A DNA stretch of 26,718 nt, from contig CALSCO010000506.1 in NCBI GenBank assembly GCA_943704415.1, forward strand, positions 62,001-88,718, given 5' to 3'. This DNA is from Parvularia atlantis. Its lineage: Eukaryota. Position numbers and translations under genes: made by a program. Below, in pieces: positions 1 to 10,610 of the stretch; position 1 is the stretch's first letter, and each line of letters begins with the position of its first letter. Under the pieces are notes generated by a model, which worked only from the letters and a program-made list of their open reading frames with translations, did no database searches and had not been told where the DNA came from.

Positions 1-2531
1 GCGACCTTCCTCAAGCTCGCGTCCATCCTCGACCTGCCACTCGTGCGCATCTCACAGGCCGGCAGCCGCGACGTCGTGAGCGTGGCCGAGTATTACTCCG
101 GTACGTCACTAGCAAGGTCACGTCGCAACTGCGCTCACGCCGCGCAGGCGAGCTGGTCGAGTTCATCCGGCAGGTGCTACAGGTCATCCCGGCGTCCATG
201 TTCGCCATCCTCAACGAGATCGTGCAGCTGCAGACGACGCGCATCCAGGAGGTGCCGACGCGGCTCGAGAAGGACCGCCTGAAGGAGTGCGTGTCGCCCG
301 CCTGTGTGCCAGGCTGCTCACACGACTGGGCTGCAGCTTCTCGCAGCTACCGGAGCGCTATGAGCTGGCCAAGCGCACGCACTCGATCTCGATCTTCACC
401 GAGGGCATGCTCGCGATGGAGACGACCCTCGTCGGCGTCATCCAGGTGGACCCGAAGCAACTGCTCGAGGAGGGCATCCGGCGCGTGCGTTGCGCCTACC
501 GCACGCAGTACCGAACGCGCCCGCTCACGGCCCGCGCAGGAGCTCGTCCTGCAGGTCGCGCGCGCGATGGACGAGCTGCTCGTCTTCGTGAAGCCCAAGC
601 CTGACGAGCTCGGCCAGCGCATGCTCGCGCTCGGGACGCGCCTGGACGGCTTCCGGCGCTCGTTCGAGTGTACGCCTGGCCTTGGTCCTTGGCCACGCTC
701 GCCGGCTGCGCTGACGTTGCACCGTGATGCAGACATCCAGGACTACGTCAACATTTACGCGCTCAAGATCTGGCAGGAGGAGCTTTCGCGCATCATCCAG
801 TTCAACGTCGAGCGGGAGTGCAACAGCTTTCTGCGCACACGCGTGCTCGAGTTCGAGTCGCGGTACCAGTCCACAGCCATCCCGATTCCCGTCTTCCCGC
901 CGCGCGACGAGTGCGTGCGCGTGTGCATGTGTCTGCACGCTGCTGCGCCAACGCACCCGCTTGCCGCTAGGAAATCGGTTGACTTTATCGGGCGGCTCGG
1001 GCGCGAGATAATGTCGCTCTCGGACACGCGCACGACGATCTACGTGCATTCGATGGCGACGTGGTACGACTCGAAGACGTTCAAGTGCGTGTTGCGCGCG
1101 CCGCCGCCGTGGTGCACGGGCTGACGAAGGCGCTGGGCGGGCAGGGACGTCGTCGGGCTCAAGACGTTCACGCAGCTCTTCCTCGCCCTCGGCACCTTTG
1201 GCCTGACGGGCGTTGACCGGCTGTACTCGTTCATGATCGTGCGCGTCCTGCAGCGCTTCAGCGACACGTACCGCAAGACCGTGCGTCGCGTCTCCCGGTG
1301 CTTGCTTGACTCGCGCTCACGCGGCACGCGCGGCGCAGATGAAGGCCGACAAGGTCCTGCGCACCACCGTCACGCAGCTCGCCGCCGAGCTCGAGCCGCT
1401 CACGTGCCTGCCCAACAACAGCCGCGCGCTCTACGCCGCCGCGCAGAGCAAGTGCGGCAAATTCCTGCAGACGTTCACAGGTGCGTGTCTCACAGGTGCT
1501 CACACTGCGGACTCATCGCGTGGCGTCGCCAGACTACATCGTCCGCGTCGGTCAGCTGCAGCTGTTGCGGCGGCTGATCGGCAACGAGCTGAGCGTGCGT
1601 GCCGCGCCGCACGTGCGACGCCTGCCCACACGCGCGTGTGCAGTTCCGCTGCAAGCTCGACTCGTACAACCTGGCCAACACGCTCAAGACGGTCAACAAG
1701 GCGCTGCTCTTCGACACCGAGAACCACTACTCCGAGTGCGCCCGCTCTCACGCGGCTTGGCGTTAGCACAGCGCTCACGGCCGCACGCGCGCGCGCGACC
1801 TGCAGCAAGGAGCGCTTCCCGTACCCGAGCGACGACAACCCGCTCATGTTTGAGATTGCGACCTACCTTGAGACATCGGGCATGGGCGACCCGTTCCAGA
1901 AGATCTACATCACGACCAAGGTGCGTGTGCAGCAGGCGCGCTTGCGTGCGTCCTCACGCGCCACCGTGCGCAGCCCCTGGACGAGTTCCCGCTGCTCGTC
2001 TTCCTGTACGTGATCACGGAGCTGCCCAAGTTTGTGTACGACCCCAAGTCGGGTGCGGGGCCTGTTGCTGGCCGGCTAGCAACCGCACTGACCTCGCTGG
2101 CTCCCCGCAGGCGCGTTCATGTGCAAGAACGCCAACGAGCCGCTCGACGGCACGCCGTTTGTCATTGGCATCATGACGCTGGTGCGCCACGCCCACTATG
2201 CGTGCCCGGCCCGCTAACACGCCCGCACCCGCGCAGCTCAAGCAGTTCCACGTCGCACACACCGAGACGTTCATCGCGTACCTGGGCCAGTACGTCCGCT
2301 CAGCCATCAACTCGGCCGCGCTCGCGTACGCTGCCCCGCCTCTCGCGCCCGCTCTGCGCCTGACGTGGCGCGCGCGCGCCGCACAGCACGCCCAACAAGG
2401 CGCCCGCATTCTCGCCCGAGATCACCAACGCGCTCGTGTTCCTCGAGGAGTTCTGCAAGTACACGCACATTCCGCGCAAGCGTATCGACGCCGTGCTGCC
2501 GCCGTTTGTCTTTGGGCAGTTCAAGCACTGA
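1..2531 (+). CDS. WASHC5: WASH complex subunit strumpellin, 3' part (5'-truncated by the window; about 14 GT-AG introns)
   Basis: Spliced translation gives [58 protein letters not shown]...[50 protein letters not shown]...[37 protein letters not shown]...[11 protein letters not shown]...[18 protein letters not shown], which are hallmark strumpellin motifs. Stop TGA at 2529-2531. Confidence 0.96.
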
Positions 2532-2540
2532 GCGCTCGTG

Positions 2541-2604
2541 TTGTGCGAACGACTGGGTTGTGTGCCGGAACGACTGGGACGACTGGGTTGTGCGAACGAC
2601 TGGG
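2541..2604. repeat. Short imperfect tandem repeat, core ACGACTGGG x4 (TTGTGCGAACGACTGGG x2 exact)
   Basis: Units read directly at 2541-2557, 2558-2578, 2579-2587 and 2588-2604, inside the 106-bp gap between WASHC5 and the TMEM181-like gene. Confidence 0.9.
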
Positions 2605-2637
2605 ACTGTTTAGCAGTTGAGCACAAGCACGGCCGTG

Positions 2638-5020
2638 ATGGAGCCCGCGGCTGCTGAGGGATCGCCGCCGCTGCCCACGCTGTGCGTTGCGCGTGCACCG
2701 TCCGCCCCCCTCTCTCGCGCGTGCACGGCCTGACCCGCATCGGGTGCGCAGCGTGCGCCCCGCCGACATCGACCGCGACGACGGCAGCGAGACGCGGCCG
2801 CTGTTTGCGTGGTACGAGCTGTTCACGACCCGCGATCTGCTCAAGCTGCACGGCGCCTTTGCCCTCGCCGTCGTGCTCGCGCTCATCGTCGGCGCCGTCG
2901 GTGCGGCGGCGCACGCGCGCGTGCTGCTGCGATCGGGCGTTGACGTGCGCCTCGGGCGCGCGCAGGGCCCGCCACCTTCACCAACGCGGCGTTTGACGCG
3001 TACGGGTGCAGCGGCGACGGCGAGCAGCGCCACTACGGCGCACCGTGCGCGGGCGGCACCGAGCTGCGCGACGTGGTGCACCCGTCGCGCCGTGCAACCG
3101 CGCGCGCCACTCACGATCGGCCGTCGCAGGGCGCACCCAACAGCACCGTCGTCTTTGACAACTTTGAGAAGGCGCTGCCGCTCAGCCGGCTCAACGAGTA
3201 CTTCCAGATCTACATCACGCCGTACTGCCTCGGCAACGGTGCGCGCTCGTCGCCAGTGCCGTCGGTCGGCCGTGCTCACAATCGCGCAGCGTCCTTCGAC
3301 GCGCCCGTGCGCATGACCGTCTCCTTCGAGGCCGCGAGCCCGCCGTCCGGCAAGGTGCCCGAGTGGCGCCCGTACGGCCTGAGCGTGGCGACGGAGCGCA
3401 CGATCGACTGCTTCGTGCGTGGCCGTGTACCGTCGATGTTGGGCACGCCGGCTGACAGGGGAAGCGCGAAGATCAACGCCGGCGAGACCCAGGGCGTGTG
3501 CCAGACGCTGCACGTGGCCACGATCACGCAGCTCAACTACCCGTACTTCCGCGTCAGCGCGGCGCTCGAGCTGCCGTCGTCCGCGACCAACGCGACTGTG
3601 GCCTACGGCTGGATGCGCGACGTGCACCCACCTCATGGACCTCGTGCCGCTGCTGCTGACTTGTCCGTTCGCGCAGGTCACCTTTGAGACCACGGTGGTC
3701 ACGTCGGCCTTTACGAGCTACACGGCGGGCTTCCGCATCGCCTTTGGCGTGCTCGCGTGCTTTGTTTTCGTGTTCCTGTGCTTCCGCTTCGGCCCGGCCG
3801 GGCCGTGCCATGTGCGCGCTTCCTGCCAGGCTCACAGGCAGCGTGTGACCTTTGCCGCGCAGACATGCATGGGCGGCGAGCGCCAGCGCATCAACCAAGA
3901 GCACGTGTGGGGCCTCATCCTGGCCGGGACGCTGATCCTCGCATGTGACCCGTTCTACGGTGCGCCGCGGCGCGCCCGTCACGGTGGGCGCCGCTCACGC
4001 GACCGAGCGCTAGGCATCGGCGTGCTCTCGTACAGCTACCTGATCGACATCTTCAGCGCCGTCTTCAGCGTCGTCTCCGACGCGCTCCTGTTGCTCTTCT
4101 GGCTCACCGCGTTCGACACGCTGCGGCAGGTGCGCCGGTCCGCGCGCGCTGCTGCGTGGCTGAGCACGGCGTGCACAGGCAGGCGAGGACGTGATGACAA
4201 TGGGCTTCCTTGTGCCCAAGGCCGTGCTCGTCTCGCTCTTCTGCCTGTTTGAGCTGATCGCCATCCCGTGGACCCGGTGTGCGCTCGGCGTGCGTGCGCT
4301 CCGAAGCGCGCTCACTCGTCTCCGCATCAGCGCGCGCTACGCCCTCAACCTCGTCATGGAGGGCGACGACGCCTTCCGCGACCAGATCTTCCCCGTCATC
4401 CTACTGGCGCAGATCAGCTTCTTTGCGATCATCATCTGGGTGCGTTGCACAACAACGCCCCCCAGCCGCGCGCGCACTCACCTGCGCGCAGATCGCCTAC
4501 ATGTGCTTCGTCATGTGGGACGCCATCGGGTCGCGCCGGCTGCTGCAGGTGCGCGCCGCTGCCACACCCGCCCTTGCTTGACGCGGCGCGCCGCGTGCGA
4601 CAGCTGCGCGTGTACTTGCTTGGCCCGCCGACGCTGCTGGCGATCGTGTCGCAGGTCGTGCTGTTCTTCGTCGGCTACCAGGTGTACGGCCGGCCGTCGG
4701 GTGCGCTCGGCCAGCCGCGCGCGCATGCGTCGTGTCTGACACCGCAAGCGCCAGCCGTGCTGTTCACCTACGCCCTCGTGCTGCGCGTGGCCTACACGAT
4801 GGACATCGTCACGGGCTACTGGCCGATCGCCGGCCGCGCCAAGTCCGAGGCGGTGCGCTGCGTTCTGCGTGCTCTGCGCTGCTAACAGTGCGTCACATGA
4901 CGTCAGGCCGTCGCAGAGGCGTCGCAGCGCGGCAGCGAGCTACAGTCGCTTATCCCGAGCGGCCCTAGGACGACGTACAACCCGCTGGCGGCCGTGCCCG
5001 CCGGCGAGCCCGATTTGTGA
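2638..5020 (+). CDS. TMEM181: TMEM181 / Wntless-like multi-pass membrane protein (about 14 introns)
   Basis: ATG at 2638 and an N-terminal TM (LHGAFALAVVLALIVGAVGP). Luminal domain includes PLSRLNEYFQI and CQTLHVATITQLNYPYFRVSAAL. It is followed by VTFETTVVTSAFTSYTAGFRIAFGVLACFVFVFL, QEHVWGLILAGTLILACDPFY, ALLLLFWLTAFDTLR and FLVPKAVLVSL, which follow the TMEM181 pattern (AFS..EIWFRF, EQKW..LL...NDPFF, LLLFWL, FYLPK). Stop TGA at 5018-5020. Confidence 0.82.
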
Positions 5021-5134
5021 TCGGTGCAACTGTTTTGGGCCGTTGCGCCGTCAGTTGCTTCATTTTTTTTTTTTCGCACGTTGCCGCGTCGGCGGCATCA
5101 GAGAGCTCAGACAGGTGGGTACACTGGGCTGCGT

Positions 5135-8100
5135 CTACTGCAACGACTGCTCGCGCTCGACGATCTGGGTGAGCCGCTGCTGGAACTGCTCTTGCAACTC
5201 CTGAATCTTCTGGTGCTCGCGCCCCTCGTCGGCGATGGCCACAAGCATCTTCTTGAGCAGCAGCCGCTTGGCGAGGCCCTGCGCAGCCACGAGCGCATGC
5301 GTCAGCCCATCGTGGTCCACAGCGCAGCTCAGCGGGCTCGCACGCACAGCGATCGACGGGTCCCACTCGTTCGCTGGCGGGGGCGCCGCCGACGGCCTGG
5401 CCGTGCAGTCAGCACGGCAAACGGCCGCGGCCGCCAGCAAGCGCACCGGTGCGGCGGCCCGAGGTACTCCTGCAGCAGCTCGTGCAGCCGATCCACGTTG
5501 TTGGTGCGCGCGAGGAAGCGCACGTACACACGCAGCCAGTCGAACAGCTCGCGCTGCGAGCGCACGAGCGCAGCGGCGCCGATCTGGGTCTGCGGGCGGC
5601 TGTGAGCGCGACACGACCGCAGCTGTGCGCCTGCCACACCTCGACGTGCGCAAGCGTGACTTGGTGATGGCTGTGCGTGTGCTCGGCGAGCGCCCGCGCA
5701 AAATTAGCGTGCTGCTGCGCTGAGTGCGTTGGCTGCTGCAGCGACGACAGCGTGCCAGTCGGGCGGATGTCGCCTATGTCCACCTGCGCGGCGTCAGCGC
5801 GTGCGTCGCTGCGTCTACCCGCACGCGTACCTTGTAGTCGGACTGCAAGAAGTGCGCGTCGGCGATCCGCGACCAGCATTCCATGCCGTGGTGGTACGTG
5901 TACACGCACTTGTTCGTCAGCGTGAGCAGTGGCAGACCGTGCGACGTCAGCTGCACAATCGCATGTGTGCGTCAGCCCATCGCCCAGCACCAACAGGCAG
6001 CAGCGCACCTGGCACCGCTGTAGCTGCCCGTCAACGTGCAGGCCCGCGATGCTGCACGGCCTGAGCGTGCACTTCATCGTCGCGAGGTTCCTGGACGCGC
6101 CCAGCATCAGCAGGTCGGAGAGCGCGGACGGTCGCGCGCCGGCGCACCAAATCTGCAGCGTGCCGTCGCGGTGCACGGCCATGAGGTGCGCCTCGCACAG
6201 CACCAGCGTCGCCGCGACGCTCGCGAACGACAACGGCGGGCACAGGTGCCGCCCCGTGCGCGTATAGACGACGATGCTCCCCTCGGCGGTGGCCACGGCC
6301 GCGTGTGTGGCAGACAGCGCCACCGAGACGACCTGCGCCGGCAACAGCATCAGTGTGCGCACGGCTGCCGCGGCAAGTCGTGCCTCGTACGGCAGCAGGT
6401 CCTGCCACAGCGGCGTCGTGCCCTCCGTGCATTGCACCATCGCGTACTTGAAATCTGCGCGAGACCGTGAGCACACGGCGGCGTCGATGCAGCCTGCGCA
6501 CGCGCGCACCGAGATGGCCCTCGTTGTTGGTCGCGGTCAGGATGAGCGCGGGATTGTCTTGCGCCGCCTTGTGCTGCGACGCGCGAGCGTGAGCTGTTGG
6601 TACGCACGAAGTCAGCTCGGCACGCACCTCGGCCTGCAGCGTCGGCTTGAGTAAGCGCACGATGTGTGCTGTGCCGCCCGCTGTGCCCACGGGGCTGTGG
6701 ACGGCCGAGTTGGCTGGGCCGGGCTCAGTGGCGCTGGCTGCCGATGACGCTGCTGCACTCGCGCCGTTGACGGACGCACCAATGTCGTTACTGCTGTTGC
6801 CCGCACTCGCCGAGCTGCTGCTTGCAGCCGCTGGTGCCGCGGTCACTCGGGGCTTCTTCGATGCGCCCTTTGTGACGGCAGCGCCACTGGCCGGCCGCTT
6901 GCGCGCAGTCTCGGCCGTCTCGGGCGCGGCTGTCACCGTAGCAGCAGCAGCCGGTGCGGCGGCGGCCTGCACGTCCATCGGCACGGCGTCCATCTGCGTC
7001 GCTGGCGCGTCTGGCGTCGTGACCGCTGGCGTCGCAGCCGCTGGCGGCTCCTGTGCGCCCACGCCGACCGGTGAGCTTGGTTGCGGGAGCAAACGGCTGC
7101 TGAGCGACACACCGTGATCGTAGGCGGTCGAGATGAGCTGCCATCAGCAGGCCCGCTCGTTGCGACGGCACCCGCGCTGTTTCGCAGCCCGCGTCAATGG
7201 CGCCAGCGGCACTTTGGCAGCCACGCGCCTGACACCCGCGCTGATGAGCGTCGGCGAGATGCGCTTCTTCTGCGGCTGCGCGGTCGATGGCTGCGGCGGC
7301 TGCGACGGCGGCGGCGCCGGGGTTGCCGGGGCTGCCGGGGCCTTGGCCTTTGCGCTGTGCAACGCGACGGTAAGCACACAGGCGCGCGCGCGCGCCGCGC
7401 GCGCATGAACGCACGCTGCGGCCGCGGACCCCGCGCGTCCTACCGGACCGGCCTTGGTCGCCTACGACGCAGCTTTCAGTCGCGTCTAGGCGGCTGCGTG
7501 TGCGCATGCGCGCACCTTCTCCGCCGTGGCTGCTGCCCGCTCGCTCGCGTGCTGCTGCACCACAAGCTGCTGCGGCGTGCTCGGCGGTGCAGCGGTCTGC
7601 TCTGTCGCCGCGGCGCTCGCCAGCCGCGCCTTGATTGTCTCTGTCGGCACAACCTCGCTCGCAAAGTCGATTTGCAGGTGGAACAGCACCGAGATGGTCG
7701 CGATGACCAGGCTGCGCCCGTCAGGCAGCCTGCAGCGCGCACGCACAGGTCAGCACGCGGCACCGCCGGTCCGTCAGGCGCAGCACAAACCACGAGATGT
7801 CAACCACGGGCGATGCGGGCAGCTTCATTGTCACGGGCGATAGCGTGTGCGTGTTCCATAGACAGAGGTCGTCGGAGCTGGCGCAGTGCGTCAGCGTGCC
7901 TCGCGCGGCTTGGGCCAAAACGCACGCAAGCGCCAGTAGCGTCGACTCGGCGCCGGTCGGGTCCGTCTTGTAGATGCGCGGCGAGAATTTCTGCGTCGCG
8001 GCGCCGTCAGCTGTTTGGCGCACGATCAGTCGCGCCGCACCGCCACGGTCGACGGCCGGACGAGCCCGAGGAACTTCTGCGCCTCCCACACCTCGCGCTT

Positions 8101-9330
8101 GAACGAGAGCGCGACAGGGTGGCGGTCGTGCGAGCACGATGGCAGCATGAGCAGCGACCCGTCGGCGGACCAGCTGAGCAACCGCTCCGTCAGCCTGTGT
8201 TGCACAGGGCACCACTCGCGCACCTGCAGCGGGTCGTGATCGTCTCGCACATGCCGGCCACGAGCTCCTTGGCGTCCCACGCGCTTGGTGCGCCCGACCG
8301 TGACGTCTTCCACACGTACAAGGTGGGTCCCGCCTTGGCTGCCAGGTACTGCGCACGCCGCGCGCAGCTGTCAGGCGCGCTCGGTCGTCGCAGCCGCAGG
8401 CGTACCCTGCCGCTCGGGTCCCACGCCACGCCCTTGACAATTTGGCCCACGTCGAGCTGGACGAGGCGCTCTGCGCAGCGAGGCAAAGTTGGCAACTGCT
8501 GCGCCGAGCCACCAAGCGTGCACACCGCCCGTGTCAGCCTTGTACACGACGACAGCGTGCTTGTTCAAGAAGGCAAGGGCCACGAAGGCGTCGTCAGGCG
8601 ACCAGCACAGGTCGCTCACGTCTGGGCAAGCAGCGTCAACTGAGCGTCAGCGGCGTGTCGCATTTGTACCATTCGACTCGGGCTTGAAGCTCTTGCGCAC
8701 GAGCCAGTTCTCCTGGTTGGGCGCGGCGGCGCTGCCGAATGTCGTGGCGGGCGCGGGTGCGCTGCTGAGCCGGTAGAAGGCGACGGGGGCGAGCGACGAC
8801 GACGCGACGGCGAGCTCGACGGGTCCGCGCGCGCCGCTCGACCATCGCACGCAACGCACCTGGCCTGTGAGCGGTGCCATGAGCGGGCGGCGTGATCATC
8901 AACGAGCAGACGGCCGCACCGCCGATCTCGAGGGCGGCGAGGTGGCTGGGCGGCGTATCGCCGACGGCCGTGTGGTTCACCGTGGCCAGGACGGGCGCCA
9001 TCGCCCAGATGCGCGCGAAGCCGTCTGCCGTGCACGTCACACCCTCGCCGCCGCGCAGCACCCTCGCCGCGCCATCGCACACCGTCGCCGCCCGTCGCGA
9101 GGCGCGTGCCGTCCGGATGCACGTCGACCGACCAGAAGTCCTTGCGCCTCGTCTCGGTCGTGTGCGCGGCGCCGAGGCTCGCCTTCACCTCTGCGGCGCG
9201 TTCGTGGGCGGGCGCGCGCGCGCGATCGTGAGCGGGCGGATGCGTCGTCGCCGCGGCCGCGCCGCGCACCCGAGTGCTCGATCCACGGGATGACCGTGAG
9301 GCGCAGCTGCGGCGCATCCGCAGCAGCCAT
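5135..9330 (-). CDS. HIRA: HIRA/Hir1 histone H3.3 chaperone (WD40 repeats, B-domain, C-terminal Hira domain; about 20 introns)
   Basis: N-terminal WD40 region: MAAADAPQLRLTVIPWIEHS, FWSVDVHPDGTRLATGGDDGFARIW, TTFGSAAAPNQENW, VSDLCWSPDD, IVKGVAWDPSGRYLA. B-domain-like KKRISPTLIS. C-domain: WQDLLPYE/VVSVA...EGSIVVYTRTGRHLCPPL, LTSHGLPLLTLTNKCVYTYHHGMECWSRIAD, TLAHVETQIGAA...WLRVYVRFLA...LLQEYLGP, GLAKRLLLK. Stop TAG at 5135-5137. Confidence 0.93.
6333..6383 (-). other. GC-AG intron in HIRA (GAG|GCACGA...CTGAT...GCGCAG)
   Basis: 51 nt, in frame. Removing it joins WQDLLPYE to VVSVALSATHAAVA and restores the spacing of the conserved Hira-domain block. Confidence 0.72.
7177..7228 (-). other. Probable GC-AG intron in HIRA (AG|GCGCGT...TTGAC...AAACAG)
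   Basis: Read-through hits a TGA. The next exon requires a phase-2 donor and the only candidate is GC. This is a low-complexity linker, so homology support is weak. Confidence 0.6.
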
Positions 9331-9393
9331 GCTGTCAGTAAATTCCGCTTACCTCGCTGCTGCCGTGTGTACATAGATGGCTAGCGGTGGTGC

Positions 9394-9819
9394 ATGAGAC
9401 AAAGATCGATCGAGCGCGCGCTCACGCGACGGCCGCACGAGCAGCAGCACGCGCAGCAGCGGCCTGCCGCCGGCGGCACAGGAACGCCATCAGGATCGGA
9501 TGCGCGTTCTGACCGCCTGTCGGCCGATCGCCTCCTCCTCCTGGCCTTCCACGTCTCGTTCACGTCGCGCCCACGTTGACGTCCGAGGACATCGAGCTGT
9601 CGAGCACAAGCGTGGGTGAGTACACCTACACCCCGGCCATCCCCGGCAAGGAAGGCTCGATGGCCGGGCCTGGCGCTGACGGTGACGGCCCGAGGGCAGG
9701 GGTCACGGCGACGACGCTCACGCGCAAGCACCCGACCCACGCCCGCTCCGACGCGAGCCACACCGCCAGCATGTCCAACTCGAGCGGCGACGCGATCAGC
9801 ATCGACCCCTTGAGGCGCT
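9394..9819 (+). pseudogene. Orphan coding-like segment with an apparent single-base frameshift near 9570-9576
   Basis: ORF 9394-9579 ends ...DRLLLLAFHVSFTSRP. An overlapping frame continues TLTSEDIELSSTSVGEYTYTPAIPGKEG...SSGDAISIDP with exon-like G/C-ending codons. No recognisable family. Confidence 0.35.
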
Positions 9820-9908
9820 GTGCGCCTCGCGCCGCCGCAGTATGCCCATATGGGGCCCTAGTGTCAGCTGTACCCGGCACCCGCTTGACCACATCGCAGC
9901 TGGCTCGC

Positions 9909-10444
9909 TCACGCCGGCGCCGGCCCGTCGCCCGCCTTGGCCGCGGCCTCGCCCGGCGTCTTGGCGACGATGTTGAGCGCATGCAGCCCCTGCTGGAACT
10001 CGTCCGCGAGCAGCGCGTAGACCATGCGGTGGCGCTGCACGGGCGTCTGTGCGCCCGCCGCGTCTGCGTGAGCTGGTCGGCTGATCGCGCGAGCACGAGC
10101 GGGCGTGCCTTGCCCGCAAAGGCGTCCGCGACGATGTGGAGCCTGCGGCCGTCGCGCCCGCGCGTGAGCCGCATCGATGGCCGCGAGTGCACGCAACTGG
10201 AAGTGCGTCTCGGCGCTGCCGACGCCGCGCATCGCCGCGTGGCCCGCGTGCTTTGCCGAGTCGTTCACGAGGTCGATGCTGGCGGGCTTGAGCTGCTCCA
10301 TGAGCTTTGCGTCGCGCGACGTGTGTTAGCTACCACCACCGCCGATTTCGCACGCAGACGACGCGCACGACGCGCACGACACGCCTTGCGTCGCATCTGG
10401 GTTGCCAGCGGGCCGTCCACAGCGCTCATGACGGCCGCGCGCAT
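9909..10444 (-). CDS. BOLA1: BolA family protein (BOLA1-type), 4 exons; start may be at 10429, 10444 or 10522
   Basis: Spliced translation MSAVDGPLATQMRRK/LMEQLKPASIDLVNDSAKHAGHAAMRGVGSAETHFQ/LHIVADAFAGK/TPVQRHRMVYALLADEFQQGLHALNIVAKTPGE contains the diagnostic ETHF, RHRMVY and HAL motifs. Stop TGA at 9909-9911. Confidence 0.95.
10047..10108 (-). other. GC-AG intron 3 of BolA (AAG|GCACGC...CTCAC...GCACAG)
   Basis: 62 nt. Required to join FAGK to TPVQRHRMVY in frame, within a highly conserved motif. Confidence 0.88.
10305..10384 (-). other. GC-AG intron 1 of BolA (AAG|GCGTGT...CTAAC...CAAAG)
   Basis: 80 nt. Joins GPLATQMRRK to LMEQLKP, matching the conserved GP....I..KL...L.P pattern of BolA. 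Uses an AAG acceptor. Confidence 0.8.
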
Positions 10445-10545
10445 CCAAGGTCTGTGTGCGTAGTGAGGCGAATACAGATGTGGTGGGCAAGGACAGGCGT
10501 GTACAACACCATAGCTATGCATCGTTTACTAGCGGGCAGCACAAG

Positions 10546-10610
10546 GTGCGCGCGCACGCACAGACGTGGTGGTCTGACCTGCTCCTTTCCTCTGCGCGCG
10601 CGCGCCGCAG
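10546..10610 (+). other. Probable 5'UTR intron of the KH-domain gene
   Basis: AAG|GTGCGC donor, CTGAC branch and CCGCAG acceptor, ending 8 nt before ATG 10619. Confidence 0.7.

Noticed and set aside
2541..2604. CRISPR-like array
   Set aside because: The core is only 9-17 nt, the spacers are themselves repetitive, the context is eukaryotic and there are no cas genes.
7081..8643. 520-aa plus-strand ORF, and the many other long Arg/Ala-rich ORFs in the track (e.g. 2521-3702 minus, 23157-24632 minus)
   Set aside because: These are antisense or off-frame shadows of spliced genes. Stop codons are rare at this GC content and the translations have no recognisable motifs.
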